64,000 bases of DNA from Malacoraja senta. Its lineage: Eukaryota. Shown one piece after another: positions 24,029-37,400 of this stretch. A program made the translations under genes and the position numbers. The notes below the pieces were generated by a model, which saw nothing but the letters and a program-made list of their open reading frames with translations, was not told the origin of the DNA and ran no database searches. The stretch lies in assembly GCA_038087875.1 (NCBI GenBank), contig JAXLNO010005735.1:1-64000 (forward strand), given 5' to 3'. Numbering within the stretch: position 1 is the first letter of the stretch; each line of letters opens with the position of its first letter.

Positions 24029-24485
24029 TGCCTGGATTAGTGGGGTATTAGCCACAGGGAGAAGTTGGACAGACTGGGCAGTTGGATTGTTTTCTCTGGA
24101 ATGTCGGGGATTGAGGGGAGACCTGACAGTAATATATCAAACTGGGAGGAGTAGCGATAGGGTAGACCATCTGACTTTTTACCCAGGAAGGAAATATCAA
24201 ATAAGAGCAGGTATAGCTTTGCAATGAGTGGCAAAGTTTAAAAAAGATGTGCAGGACAAGTGTTTTACGCCAAGGGTGGCGAGTGACTGGAATGTGCTGC
24301 CGGGGGTGGTGGTGGAAGCAGATATGATAGTGGCATTTAAGAGACTTTTAGATAGGCACATGTATATGCAGGGTATGGATGGATATGGATTATGTGCAAG
24401 CAGATAACAATTGGTCTTGGCATCATGTTCGGCACAAACATTGTGGGTCAAAGGGCCTGTTATTGTGCTGTACTGTTCTATGTTC
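23998..24485 (+). mobile_element. CR1 3' fragment overlapping the class I stop codon
   Basis: GATACAGAGGAGGTCTACCGGAATGATGCCTGGA corresponds to CR1 'QRRFTRMMPG', followed by ERLDRLG-type sequence and the CR1 3' UTR. Confidence 0.8.
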
Positions 24486-24752
24486 TATGCTCTTTATTGT
24501 ATCAATGCTGACTGATGGCTTTACATTCAGCCATTAATTTTTCAAGTGCTGTCTTCACCAGTTACCCTGTGATTCCAAAGTCATACATTGCGCCACATTT
24601 TGGAATAAAAGGTCGCCCATTTTATTGATTGATACTTTATTACCATATGAGTCATGTCACAGTGAAATTCTTTGTTTTGCATGACATACAAAGAGTCACC
24701 ATGTATAGGGTGTCGACACAGTTACAAAGTAATCATTACAGTCCCCAATGGT

Positions 24753-24909
24753 CCCTCTTTGTTCTCGGCAGTCCCTCCATGTTGGGTTCACCTGTGTTAT
24801 CAACGGCCCCCCAACCCTGGGACCATCTTTGTTCTCGGCAGCCGCTCCATGTTGGGTTCACCTGTATTATCAGCCCCCCCAACCCCGAGACCCTCTTTGT
24901 TCTCGGCAA
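24753..24909. repeat. Minisatellite, 68-70 bp unit, about 2.3 copies
   Basis: CC(C/A)TCTTTGTTCTCGGCA recurs at 24753, 24823 and 24891. Confidence 0.9.
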
Positions 24910-27900
24910 TCCTCCCTTGCCAGGTTCTTCTTTAAAATAGCTATGAAGAAGATTTATTTTCCAGGAGGTGTATGATTTGCCTGAACATTCTATTCCAGCT
25001 GTGAAGATAAGGTGAATGAATATTTTCCAGGTTGAGATATAGAGAATTTTAGATCAGAAATGAATCAAAGGTAGCAGGAATAATGCAGTAAACTGATCGA
25101 AATCAGATTGGACATAATGTTATTGAATGATGCAGTCTGTTCAAGGGGGCTTACAGCTGATTACTAATCTTATTTTATATAAAACATAAAAATGTTCATC
25201 TCAGGAAGAGGCCCTTTGGCCCACAATGTCTGTGGTGAACATGATGAGATGCTAAACTGATCCCATCCAACTGCAACTTGATCCATATCCCTCTATTTCC
25301 TGCAGATCAGTTTGTCGATCTAAAAGCCTCTCAAACATCATATACATATCTTGCCAGAGATAGACACAAAAAGTTGGAGAAACTCACCGGATCAGACAGC
25401 ATCTCTGGATACAAGACATAGGTGACATTTCGGGATGAGACCCTTGTTCAGACTCCAGAAATGCTGTTTGACCCGCTGAGTTACTCCAGCTTTTTGAGCC
25501 TATCTTCGGGTTAAACCTGCATCTGCAGTTCGTTCCTAGTTATTTTGCCACTTGTCTTTGTCACATACTGTAAGCTGCATTCCTTGTTCACATACCTGAT
25601 GGTGTAGTGGAGAAGTAATTGCCTTTGCATTTAATGCTTCACTCAGTGCTTCAAGTATTTAAAGGGCCAGTCAACAAGGATCTTTGTTTTCAATACGAAC
25701 CACGCTCTACACCACAGCTTCGATAAGATTGCTTAGTTTAGTTGAGTTATAGAGCATGGATGCAGAGCCTTCAGCTCATCGAGTTGATACCAACCATCCT
25801 GCACACCAGTTCTGTTATCCCTCTTTCACATCCGCTTTCAATACACTAGGGCAATTTTACAAAGGCCAACTCACCCACAAACCTGTACATCATTGAGATG
25901 TGCGAGGAAACCGGAGCACCGGGAGAAATCCCACATGGTCACAGGGAGCACATGCAAACTCCACATAGACAACATCCCAGTCCCATGTCATGTGAATATT
26001 TATGGAACATGGTAACGTATGGGGGCTGTGTTTTGTTGACCCGACAGATCACAGGTAACAATAATCATTATCAAAGCTGTGGTGTAATAGCTCTGGAAGT
26101 GTTTTATGTGCAACAGACCGAGAATTTCATTGTATATCCACCAGTGTCATTTCTGAATTATGAGCATTTAATAAAATACTTTTGAATGAGTTTTACCAAG
26201 ACGTTAGCATGCTACACTGACCTATATACTTGTTTTGTCATTGTTAATACTACAGACAGCTATTTACTCAATCATAAGATCATCAGTGATAGGAACAGAA
26301 TTAGGCCATTCGTCCCATCTATCATGGCTGATCTATCCTATCCTCCAAACCTCATTTTCCTGCCTTCTCCCCATAACCCCTGACACCCGTACTATTCAAG
26401 AATCTATCTATCTCTGCCTTAAAAAATATCCATTGACAGCCTCCACAGCCTTCCGTGGCAGAATTCCACAGATTTACCACCCTCTGAATAAAGAAATTCC
26501 TCCTCATCTCCTTCCTAAAGGAGTGTACTTTGATTGTGAGGCTATGCCCTCTGGTGATATGCTGACACTAGTGGAAACATCCTCTCAACATCCACTCTAT
26601 CCAGGCCTTTCACTATTCGGTAAGTTTCAATGAGGTCCCCCCTCATCCTTCTAAACTCCAGCGAGTAGAGGCCTAGTGCCGTCAAACGCTCATCAGAACG
26701 GAATAACAACAACTTTACTCTTCATATAACCAATTGTGAAAATTCACACCTCCACATTCAGGGACAGTCTCTTCCCAATTGTTATCAGGCAACTGAAACC
26801 ATCCTACCTACAACCAGGGTGCAGTCCTGAACTACTGTCTCCTGCATTGGAGATCCTCGGGCAATCTTTGATCGGACTTTACTGCCTTTATCTTGCACCA
26901 AACGTTATTCATGTTATTCCCTTGATCATATATCTGTACACTATGGATGGCTCGATTGTAATGTATTGTCTTTCCACTGACTGGTTAGCACATTTAGTTT
27001 ATTTAGTTTAGAGATACAGGGCAGAAACAGGGTCCGCACCAATTCCCGCACACTAACACTATCCTACACACACTTGGAACAGGTTTACATTTATACCAAC
27101 CCAATTAACCTACATACCCATAGTCAAGATCAAACCCGGCTGTGTGGCACTTAAGGCAGCAACTCCAGTGCTGCATCACCATGCTGTCCTTATTGTTGTA
27201 GGATGTGCAGGGAATGGAGGTATATTATGTGCAGGCAGATAGGAGTTGGTCTTGGCATCATGTTCAACACAGACATTGTGGGCCAAAGGGCCTGTTCCTG
27301 TGCTGTACTGATCTATTGTGGTGATTGTGAAAACACATAATAATTACTTGATTGCTGATATCTTAAGTGTATTGACTTGGTACATTAAATATTCAGACAA
27401 AACTAAATTCCATTCCCAAGTCATCTAATTCCCACACCCTAGTCAGCATGAAACATCAACTTTATTGAGGTACTGATATATTTATTTTCTGTTAATATGT
27501 AACTGTGAGTTTAATGTTACACCAAATGGTAATTGGCTTGTTTCCATCAGTGTTTGCAATCTGGGTGACCCTGAATTTATTGCCCAGTTGTGAGATTCCT
27601 CGCAAGGACTGAGATGAAGCAGAAACCTGACTGCTACAGACTTTTTGGAGGGGTTTGCAAGATTTTGACCCAACACCTCTGAAGGCAAGACAATATATTT
27701 ACCTGCAGCATCAAACGCACCTCAGACAGTGTCATCCAGGCACTCGTCACTGTCTGTGAAAAAACATGCCCTGCACATTTCCTTTAGACTCTCATCTTAA
27801 AGCTATGCCCTCTTGTATTCAATGTTTCCATCCATGTTAAGTTTAGTTTATTTTAGTTTAGAGATACAGGCCCTTCGGCCCACCGGGTCCGCACCGACTA

Positions 27901-28762
27901 GTGATCCCTGGGCATTAGCACTACCCTACACACACTAGGGACGATTTACACATACACCAAGCCAATTAATCTACATACCTGTACATCTTTGGAGTGTGGG
28001 AGGAAACCGAAGATCTCGGAGAAAACCCATGCTGTCATGGAGAGAACGTACAAACTCCATACATACAGCACCCGTGGTCGGGATCGAACCTGGGTCTCCC
28101 ACGCTGCAAGCGCTGTAAAGCATCAACTCTACCGCTACGCCACAGTGACTGCCCCTGTTCTGACTATCTATCCTATCTATACCTCTCATGGTTGTATGTA
28201 CTTCTATCAGGTGTCCCATCAAACTCCGGCATTCTAGCGGAAGCAATCCATATCTGTCCATATGTTTGATGTAGCCAACACACCCTAGTTGAGGCATCAT
28301 TCTTGTAAACCTCTGCACCCTTTCCAATGCCTCTACATCCTTAATGTAATGGGTCAACAAAAACTGCACATAGTACTCCAAATGTGGACTACCCAGCCCT
28401 ATAAAACTGTATTATGACTTCCTGTCTCTAGAAACACAAGATTCAACCCCAAGATCTCTCTGTAGATTAATGCTGTTAAGGGTCTTGCCAATAACTGTAT
28501 ACTTTTCCTTTACATTCGACCACTCAAAGTGTGACATACTTGCTCAAAATGACCTCCATTTGCATTTTTTCTGCCCATTTCTGTATCTGATGCATTTCCC
28601 ATTGTACACTACAGCCTTCTTCACTCTTCGCAACTCCATCAATGTTGGTGGCGCCTGCAAACTAACTAACCAACCCAACCACTTGGTGGCGCCAGCAATA
28701 GCTGCCTCTCCAACAGTCTGTCTGTCCCTTCATTCTTTGTGTTTTAACAGTTTGTGTTAAAT

Positions 28763-28826
28763 CAGGGGTTGGCAACCTACGGCCCAGATCCGGACTGTAA
28801 CTCGAAATCATCTGGCCCGCAGGCGT
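28763..28826 (+). mobile_element. hAT-like terminal fragment
   Basis: CAGGGGTTGGCAACCTACGGCCC..GGCCCGC resembles hAT non-autonomous termini. One end only. Confidence 0.5.
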
Positions 28827-28918
28827 AACACAAAACACACACAACACTTATCCGAGAGTAGTTCTCACACACACACACACACACAGAGCCAATTCCATAT
28901 CACAATACCCGTCGACTC

Positions 28919-29237
28919 AAGGGCCTGTCCCACTGTACGAGCTAATTCAAGTGTTCTCCCGAGTTTCCCCTGATTCGAACTCGGAGAATTATAGTAATAG
29001 CCGCTCGTAGGTACTCGGGGCTCTCGTGGACATTTTTCAACATGTTTACAAATCTTCACGAGTCTTCACGAGCTTACTGCGTTTCCCGAGTACCTGCCGT
29101 TAGCGTTACGAGCCGCTAAGAGACGTCCCGAGCTCTGACGTACCCGCTACGTACATTCTACGTACTTACCACGAGTATGATTTTTTTTTAAACTCGGGAG
29201 AGCTTTTGAATTACCTCTTACAGTGGGACAGGCCCTT
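28919..29237 (+). mobile_element. 319-bp MITE (Harbinger- or Kolobok-like), copy 1
   Basis: 19-bp TIRs AAGGGCCTGTCCCACTGTA / TACAGTGGGACAGGCCCTT, T(C/T)AA-type junctions, many ACGAG/CTCGT motifs. Confidence 0.9.
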
Positions 29238-29249
29238 AAATCTCTCTCT

Positions 29250-29450
29250 CTTTCCGCCCCTACCCTCCCACCCCCTCTTCCATCCTCCCGACCACGCAAA
29301 GTGAAAGCGTCCCCCACCTCGGTGCTGCGGCTTGTGTGAAACTGCAGCGGGATGAGAGCGACTTCGACAAGGCGGTACTGGAGCGGTTTCTTCGGGAGCC
29401 CAGCGGTGGACGGGCTGGAGGAAAACAAAGCATCAGCGGGGTCGGTGAGC
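29250..29450 (+). promoter_or_regulatory. CpG-rich promoter-like segment with an IRF element, GC box and candidate first exon
   Basis: TCCGCCCC at about 29253; GCAAAGTGAAAGC at 29296-29308; ATG at 29352; donor G|GTGAGC at 29445. Confidence 0.35.
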
Positions 29451-29880
29451 AATTCCGCTCCGACCACAGTGTTGCACTTTAGTCGTATTTGTCGCGGGGG
29501 TAATTGTCTTTTTGTTACATTTTTGTCGCGATTTTTTTTAAACTATAATTAATTAATTATTAACTATGGTGATAGATGTGGCCCGCCATCCACTCACAGA
29601 CATGGGTCCTGGCTCCTATTCAGAACAAGGATGCTGACCCATGTGTTAAATGTATGTTTTTAGTGTTCTTTAGCTTGTTTTACGGTGGGGGTGGTTGGGG
29701 GAGTTGCGGGAAACCTTTTCTAATATCTTACCTCGATGGAGATGCGATTTTTTTCTGTATCGTATCTCGGTCCGCACTGCAGCCTAACATCCAGGAGTTG
29801 GCGGCCTTTGGTGGAGACCGACTATTGAGAGCTCCATCACGGGAGCGTGCGGAGTTACCATCACGGAGTTACCATCACGG

Positions 29881-30960
29881 GTTCCTGAAAAGACTGGTGA
29901 CAGGAGCCGTCTTTGTTGATCTGTCTGCCGCGTATGACACTGTGAACCACCACCTCCTCCAAAAAAAGATGAGCTACACCTCTACTACGAGCGCAACCAC
30001 CTACACGCAAACCCTGCGAAGACCCAAGCCTGCTCGTTCCATCTCAGGAACCGGGAAGCAAACAGACCCCTTAACATCACATGGTCTGGAACACCTCTTG
30101 AGCACTGCACCAACCCTGTCTACCTCGGTGTAACACTGGATCGCACTCTCTCCTATAAGGAACACGTCAAAAACACCAAACAAAGTAAATTCCCGGAATA
30201 ACATCCTCCGGAAGCTGACCAACTCCAAATGGGGAGCCACAGCTCACACATTAAGATCTACTGCTCTGGCCCTGTGCTACTCCTCTGCGGAGTATGCGTG
30301 TCCTGTCTGGGAGAGATCATCCCATGCCAAGAAACTAGACCCAGCGTTGAATAACACCTGCCGCTCAATCACTGGCTGCTTGAAGCCCACCAACATAAAA
30401 AACCTGCACCTCCTCGCTGGCATTGCCCCTGCTGATGTGAGACGGAAAGTCGCCAGCCGAGTAGAGATGACCAAGGCCACCAGTGATGAACGCCACCTCC
30501 ACTACGGACGTGTACCCCCGGCCCAACAGCTGAAGTCCAGGAGAAGCTTTCTCAGCCATGTCCAGCCCCTAATAGCATCACGGGAAGAAACCAGACTCCA
30601 ACAATGGACAAAGAGGCTCGAGGACGACCCCCCTCCTACTGACATGGGTATCCCTCCTTCTGAAGCCCTCCCTCCGGGCTCAGAAGCACCATGGGTCCAG
30701 TGGAAGACGCTCAACCGCCTGAGAACAGGAACAGGGCGATCAAAGGAAGCCATGGCCAGATGGGGCTATGAAACTGGCCAAACCACCTGTGAAGGTGGAG
30801 AAGAGGACCACACAATGCAGCACTGCCTTGTCTTCCCCCTACTACCCAACCAGTGCAGCTCAAAGTATCTTGCAGTGTTCAATAAAAATGCAAAGGACTG
30901 TGTAAAGGAATGGGAAACTGTCCTATAGCCAACCAGCTTCAAAGACACGAAAAGAAGAAG
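29881..30960 (+). mobile_element. 5'-truncated, internally deleted LINE of the I group (Ingi/Vingi-like) with a 7-bp TSD
   Basis: AVFVDLSAAYDTVNH, YLGVTLDRTL, CRSITGCLKPT..LAGIAP, LNRLRTG and a degenerate CCHC. (GAA)n tail. ATCACGG duplicated at 29874-29880 and 30961-30967. Confidence 0.8.
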
Positions 30961-33939
30961 ATCACGGAGCTCATGATCCCTTTGCCAGGGATCGACCTCG
31001 GAGCTCCAACTGTGGGTGCTTGCGGAGTTACCATCACGGAGCTCGCGGTCTCTGGTCAGAGACCGACCTTGGGAGTTCCAAGCTGCAGGTGCTTCGACCA
31101 CCCCGACACAGGAGCTTCAATCGCCCCTACGCAGGTGCTTCAACCGCCCGCTGCGGGAGCTTCGATCACCCCGACAATGGCTCTACTGCCCCGACCGCGG
31201 GAGAATAAAAAGAAAGAAGATTGGACTTTTTTGCCTTCCATCACAGTGAGGAATGTGGGAATCTGCCGTGGTGGATGTTTATGTTAACTTTTATGTCATT
31301 GTGTCTTGTTGCTTGTCTTGGGCCAGGGGTGGGATCCAGTACAGGCAACGCCAACAACTTTAATGACAATCAAAATAAGAATGCAAGGAAACAACAAGAG
31401 ATCCAATCAGAACATAGACACAACATGCTGGAGTAACTCGTCGGGACAGGCAGCATCTCTGAAGAGAAGGAATGGGTGACATTTTGGGTCGAGACCCTTC
31501 TTCAGGCTGATGTCAGGGGAATGGGAGGTCGATAGATAAGGAAGTGTATAGATAAGGACGTGTAAGATGTGAAAACAGGACAAAGGGAATGGAGATCAAG
31601 GAAAATGTAGCAGCAAAGGAAAGAGATAAAGAAGGGAAACTCTCGGAAAAGATTGACAAGGGGGGAGATCTGCTACATAGTGAGAAGCTGTGGTAAATAT
31701 ATCACCTTTATTTAACAGCAAGCTGCTTCGGTAAACAAATAAGTAACAAGCCAACAGATGGTTACACTGATAAAGTTATACCAACAAGGGTGTTTGCAGG
31801 TTCAAGTGCAACATAAACTCTGGCCTTGAAGTATGATACTGTTTGGTTGGTTTCTGTGTGCGTACGCAATGAGATTCTTTACAATGTAAATCAGAATATG
31901 AAAAACGGAGAAAAAAGTAAAATATATAGATTCATTCTTGCAAAACCTTTCACAACATTTTGAAAACATTTAGAACCACTGAGTATTTCTTGAAAAGTAA
32001 ACACTATTGAATGAATAAACAAAGAACATTGAGCAGGATGACACAGGGATAAGCCCTAGCATCACAATGTCTGTGCTGGCTATGTTGCCTTTACAAACTT
32101 TGCCCCCATCTTCCTGCACATGGTCTATCCAGACTGAAGAAGGGTCTCGACCCAAAATATCACCCAATCCTTCTCTCCTGAGATGCTGCCTTTCCCACTG
32201 AGTTACTCAAGATTTTTGTGTCTACCTTTGGTTTAAACCAGCATCTGCTGTTCCTTTCCACACACCCCTTTATTTCCTCTCTGTTCACATGTCAGGACCC
32301 AAGAGAGACAAGAGATTTAAGCTTCTTTAATGAAATGTCTAATTAAATGTTCCAACAACAGAACAATTACATTATTACATGCAGCAGCCTAACAGGCCCA
32401 TAAACAGAGTATAAATAGATAAACAAGATAATAATAAAAATAAAAAATAAAAGAGCCACTGTGTGGCGCGACAGTCAAAATCAATTTATTAGTTAACATA
32501 AAACATAGGGCAGTACCACATACATGCCTGTTTAAATGCCTTTAAACATTGCTATCATATCTGTTTCCACTACTTCCTCTGACAGCATGCTCCAAGCACC
32601 CACCACTCTCTGTGTAAAAAATCATTTAAGATTTACTCCTCTCTACTCTGTGTCTCTCATAATTATATATACTTCCATCAGGTGTCCTTTATCCCCCTCA
32701 TATTCCAACTCCACAAGAGCAAATGATCTAAGTTTGTCCAACCTGTCCTCACAGCTGACACTCTCAAACACTGCTTTCAATTTTCATTCAAAGGGAAATG
32801 TGATGAGCGACAGATGATCTGTGTTCTTCGGTGGTATCAACTGCAAGAAAAATATCAATGAGGATTCTGGGATTAACCTGTATTCCTTAAATAACGTTTT
32901 GGGATTATTTTTTAGAGGGCTGAAATATATATCAGGCCATTCAGCCCACCGAATCCACACCAGTCATTGACCATCCGTTCACACCAGTTCAGTGTTATCA
33001 CATTTATGCATCATATTTTGACTTCACGGAGGCCGATTAAACAACAAGCCAGCATGTGGTGTACAAGGAAGCTGGAGCACCTGGAGGTAGCCAGCGCAGT
33101 CACAGGGGGAAGGTGCAAACTCCACATGGACAGTACTTGAGGGCAGAAACAAGGCCAGGTCATAAGGAATGGGTGTAGAATTAGGCCATTTGGCCCATCT
33201 AGTCCACTCCACCATTCATTCATTACTGATCTATCTCTCCCTCCTCACCCCATTCTCCTGCCTTCTCCCCATAACCTTGGACACTTGTACCAATCAAGAA
33301 TCTATCTATCTTCGACTTAAAAATATCCACTGACGGCCTCCACAGCCTTCTGTGGCAACAAATTCCATGGATTTGCCACCCTCTGCCTTAAGAAATTTCT
33401 CCTCATCTTCCTAAAAGAACTTCCTTTAAATCTGAGGCTATGGCCTCCAGTCTTAGACTCTCCCACTAGTGGAAACATCCTCTCCACATCCACTCTATCC
33501 AAGCCATTCACTATTCTGTAGATTTTAATGAGGCCCCCCCCCCATTCTTCTAAACTCCAGAGAGTACAGGCCCAGTGCTAACAAATGTTCATGATAGGTT
33601 AACCTACTCATTTCTGGGATCATTGTTGTAAACCTCCTCTGGACCCTCTCCAGAGCCAGCACATCCTTTCTCAGATATAGTGCCCAAAATTGCTCACAAT
33701 ATTCTCTAGCACTGAGGGAGCAGCTCTGCCAGTTGTGCCTGGTAGTATTTTGGTTTAACATGTGGTTATAAAATTGCAACAATCTCTGCAGAACGCCCTG
33801 TATAGCACTAGAATCCACTGGTGTTTCTTTGGTGGGATATTGACCCGTGGCTCTCTGACTGAGAATGGAGATATGCTGTGGCTGACACCGCATGAAAAAA
33901 ATGTTTTGCACACAACTCACAGTTACTTCTTGCCTGGGT

Positions 33940-34246
33940 GGATGGAGCCCGCAGCGGGGGCTTGGGTTGGTGCCACGAAGGTGTCCGGAGAGGACCAGGC
34001 AGCGTTAGTGAAGAGGCCGGTGTGGCGGTCGATGATGGCGCCTACCGATGGACGAGGATGGAGACGTGGAATTGAGGGCGCCGCTGCCGAGGGAAGGAAC
34101 AAAGGAGGACCTGGCGTGGGGGGATGGAAATTTGTCACTTTGTAAGCGCCCTTTATGGGCAACTATTTCCATGCCTTGTGTGTGCAAGCAAAGAATGTCA
34201 CTGAGCCTTGTCACATGTGACAATAAAGTATTCAATTCAATTCAAT
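33940..34246 (+). mobile_element. GC-rich non-coding retroposon with GTGACAATAAA and (TTCAA)n tail
   Basis: Same tail architecture as the elements at 4960 and 22735. Confidence 0.5.
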
Positions 34247-35145
34247 CAACAGCCACCTCTCATAATCTATTGATAACAGGCCTTTTGTTACAAGATGGCA
34301 TTCTCTGGAAAGGCGTAGGTTATTTAAACATGTTTTAATCAATTTCTCTGATACAAGTGCACTGACCTCTTGTTCTGCTTTAGCTGTAAGTAGACACACT
34401 CTCTACAGTAACTTTCTCACATGACTGAACTTTGAAGATCAGTTCTCATATGGTATGTTTGAGAGCTATTTCCATTTACTGGGAGACATCACAGCCTAGC
34501 CTGAACTAGACTGCATGTTACCCCATAGTTAATGGCGAGATCAAGGCTTTTTGTCTGTCAGTCTGATATTGATTACAGTTGAATTCAGGAAACCCAATAC
34601 CAAGCACAGCCTTTCACGAGGAAAAGCAAACAAATTGGGGCATTTATTAAAGAAATACTCACTCTCCCTATTGGACAATGTTAATGAATTCTGTTTCAAA
34701 CAATGAGTTCAAACCATGCTAAACAAGTTCAAAACATTCTTAATGTACACGAAGGAACGGCAGATGCTGGTTTAAGCCGAAGATAGACACAAAATGTTGT
34801 AGTAACTCACAGGCACAGGCAGCATCTCTGGATAGAAGGAATGGGTGATGTTTTGGGTTGAGATCCATTGGGGGGGAAAATCCTCCTGGCCTATGTGTAA
34901 ATCGCATGTCAATGAGAATGAAGCTGTTGACTGTGAAATGGGAGTCAGTGGGATTTGGATGGAAATGTGAACTTATAAAATTTAATAGTAGTCTATTGGA
35001 TCTGAACACATCTTGGTCTGAAGTAGGGTCTCGACCCACAATGTCACCCATTCCTTCTCTCTAGAGATACTGCCTGTGAGTTACTCCAGCATTTTGTGTC
35101 TGTCTTCCGTGTAAACTGGCATCTGCAGTTCCTTCCTGCACATTT

Positions 35146-35343
35146 GGTATGTGAATCAGTATTGTGTGAATGGATAATTTTTTGAATGGGGTATGTGATT
35201 CACCATGGTGCTGGTGGATACATTTTTGAATGGGGATGTTCTTCAGAATGGTGCTGGTGGATACATTTTTGAATGGGGTATGTGATTCAGAATGGTGTGA
35301 ATGGAGGAATTTTTGAACGGGCATGTGATTCAAAATGGTGTGA
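35146..35343. repeat. Minisatellite, about 43-bp unit, 4-5 copies
   Basis: TTTTGAA(T/C)GGG..ATGT..TTCA..ATGGTG recurs at about 43-bp spacing. Confidence 0.85.
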
Positions 35344-36219
35344 ACAGATCAAGCTTATCAATGACAGCTACATTTATGCAATTAATCTATATTTATCATA
35401 TCTAATTTTATAACATAAATATGAACTTCAAATTGAATTAATTACGTTCCACCCTGTTACTTGATCTTTTAGATAGTTGAGAAGATATTGAAAGAGTGCC
35501 TTGTTCACTCAAGAACCCAGGCAATAGTGGACAGTTTATCAGCAAACACTTGGCCCAGTGCCCGAGGTGCTCCAGTCACTAAGTGATGGAAATGTATTTG
35601 TCATTCCACAAATCTCACATTGTGTAAGAGGTTGGGGCTGGAGTCTCAGCCCAACAGATCAGTCAGAAGAGGTACAGGAACAGAGGCAGGGTGAATGTGT
35701 GCTTTGTAGACTATCAGATACAGAATATTACAGGTCAGGAACTCACCCTTTGGCCCACAATGTATATGCCAAATGTAATGCCAAGATAAACTGACCTAGT
35801 CGAATGCAAACAGAAATTTTACATTCGATGAACACTTTCACATCATACAACCCATCTCCAATGAAAATTATCTCCTTCCTTCCATGACTTTTAAACATAG
35901 AAACATAGAAACATAGAAAATAGGTGCAGGAGGAGGCCATTCGGCCCTTCGAGCCAGCACCGCCATTCATTATGATCATGGCTGATCGTCCCCTATCAAT
36001 AACCCATGCCTGCCTTCTCCCCATATCCCTTGACTCCACTAGCCCCTAGAGCTCTATCTAACTCTCTGTTAAATCCATCCAGTGATTTGGCCTCCACTGC
36101 CCTCTGTGGCAGGGAATTCCATAAATTCACAACTCTCTGGGTGAAAACGATTTTTCTCACCCGAGTCTTAAATGACCTCCCCTTTATTCTAAGACTATGG
36201 CCCCTGGTTTAGTTATGGA

Positions 36220-37400
36220 GTCATAGAGTGATATAGTTTGGGAACAGGCCCTTCGGCCCAACTTGTCCACACCGGCCAACATGTCCCAGCTACACTAGTC
36301 CCACCTGCTTGCCTTTGGTCCATATCCCTCCAAACCTGTCATATTAATGTACCTGCCTAACTGTTTCTTAAACGAGGGGATAGTCCCAGCCTCAATTACC
36401 TCCTCTGGGAGCTTGTTCCATACACCCACCACACATTGTGTGAAAAAGTTACCCTTCGGATTCCTATTAAATCTTTTCCCATTGACCTTGAAACTATGTC
36501 ATCTGGTCCTCGATTCCCCTACTCTGAGCAAAAGACTGTGCATCTACCCGAACTATTCCTCTCATGGTTTTGTATACCTCTTACAAGATCACCCCTCATC
36601 CTCCTGCGCTCCAAGGAATAGAGACCCAGCCTACTCAACCTCTCCCTATAACTCACACCCTCTAGTCCTGGCAACATCCTTGTAAATATTTTCTGACCAG
36701 TTTCAAGCTTGACAACATATTTCCTATAACATGGTGCCCAGAACTGAATACAATATTCTAAATGCGGTCTCACCAATGTCTTATACGACTGCAACATGAC
36801 CTCCCAACTTCTGTACTCATTATTCTGACTGATGAAGGACAATGTGCCAAAAGCCTTTTTGACCACCTTATCTACCTGTGACTCGACATTTAAGGAACCT
36901 TGCACTTGTACTCCTAGATCCCTCTCCTCTCAACACTCCCCAGAGACAGACCATTTACTGTGTTAGACGTCCCAAAAAGCAACACCTGACACTTCTCTGT
37001 ATTAAATTCCATCAACCATTCCTCAGCCCACTGGCCAATCGGTCCAGATCCTGCTGCAATCGTTCACAACCATTGTCTACCTGCAATCGTTCACAACCAT
37101 CTTCACCATCTGCAAAACCACTCACTTGTGTATCATCAGCAAACTCGCTAATCTTGGATAAATATATCATCCAAATCAATTATGTAGATGACAAACAGTA
37201 ACGGACCCAGCACCGAACCCTGAGTCACACCACTAGTCACACGCCTCCAATCGGTGAAGCAACCTTCCACCATCATCCTCTGCTTCCTTCCATGGAGCCA
37301 TTTGCTATCCATTCAGCTATCTCTCCTTGGATCTCATGTGATCAAATCTTCCTGACCAGCCTACCATGCTACCTTTTCGAATACCTTTCTGAAATCCATG
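36220..37400 (-). mobile_element. CR1 RT 3' fragment
   Basis: ORF 36519-36905 (YKTLVRPHLEYCIQFWAP, RERLSRLGLYSLERRRMRGDL) plus the CR1 3' UTR. Confidence 0.9.

Noticed and set aside
24753-24909. Regularly spaced repeats resembling a CRISPR array (also 35146-35343)
   Set aside because: The 'spacers' are themselves repeated, the context is eukaryotic, and there are no cas genes. These are ordinary minisatellites.
26040-26180. Possible 7-nt micro-exon (CAG|ATCACAG|GTAAC) and terminal exon for the class I gene
   Set aside because: Exon 5 has no convincing donor to reach it and already contains a stop. Such short signals arise by chance.
27482-27688. Minus-strand acceptor followed by two open frames
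   Set aside because: No recognisable domain, no supported upstream exon, and the length is within chance expectation.
35473-35623. Candidate phase-0 exon (IVEKILKECLVHSRTQ...) that could join the 29352 exon
   Set aside because: The acceptor is good, but the frame stops after 37 codons and the joined peptide resembles nothing recognisable. Unsupported without RNA data.
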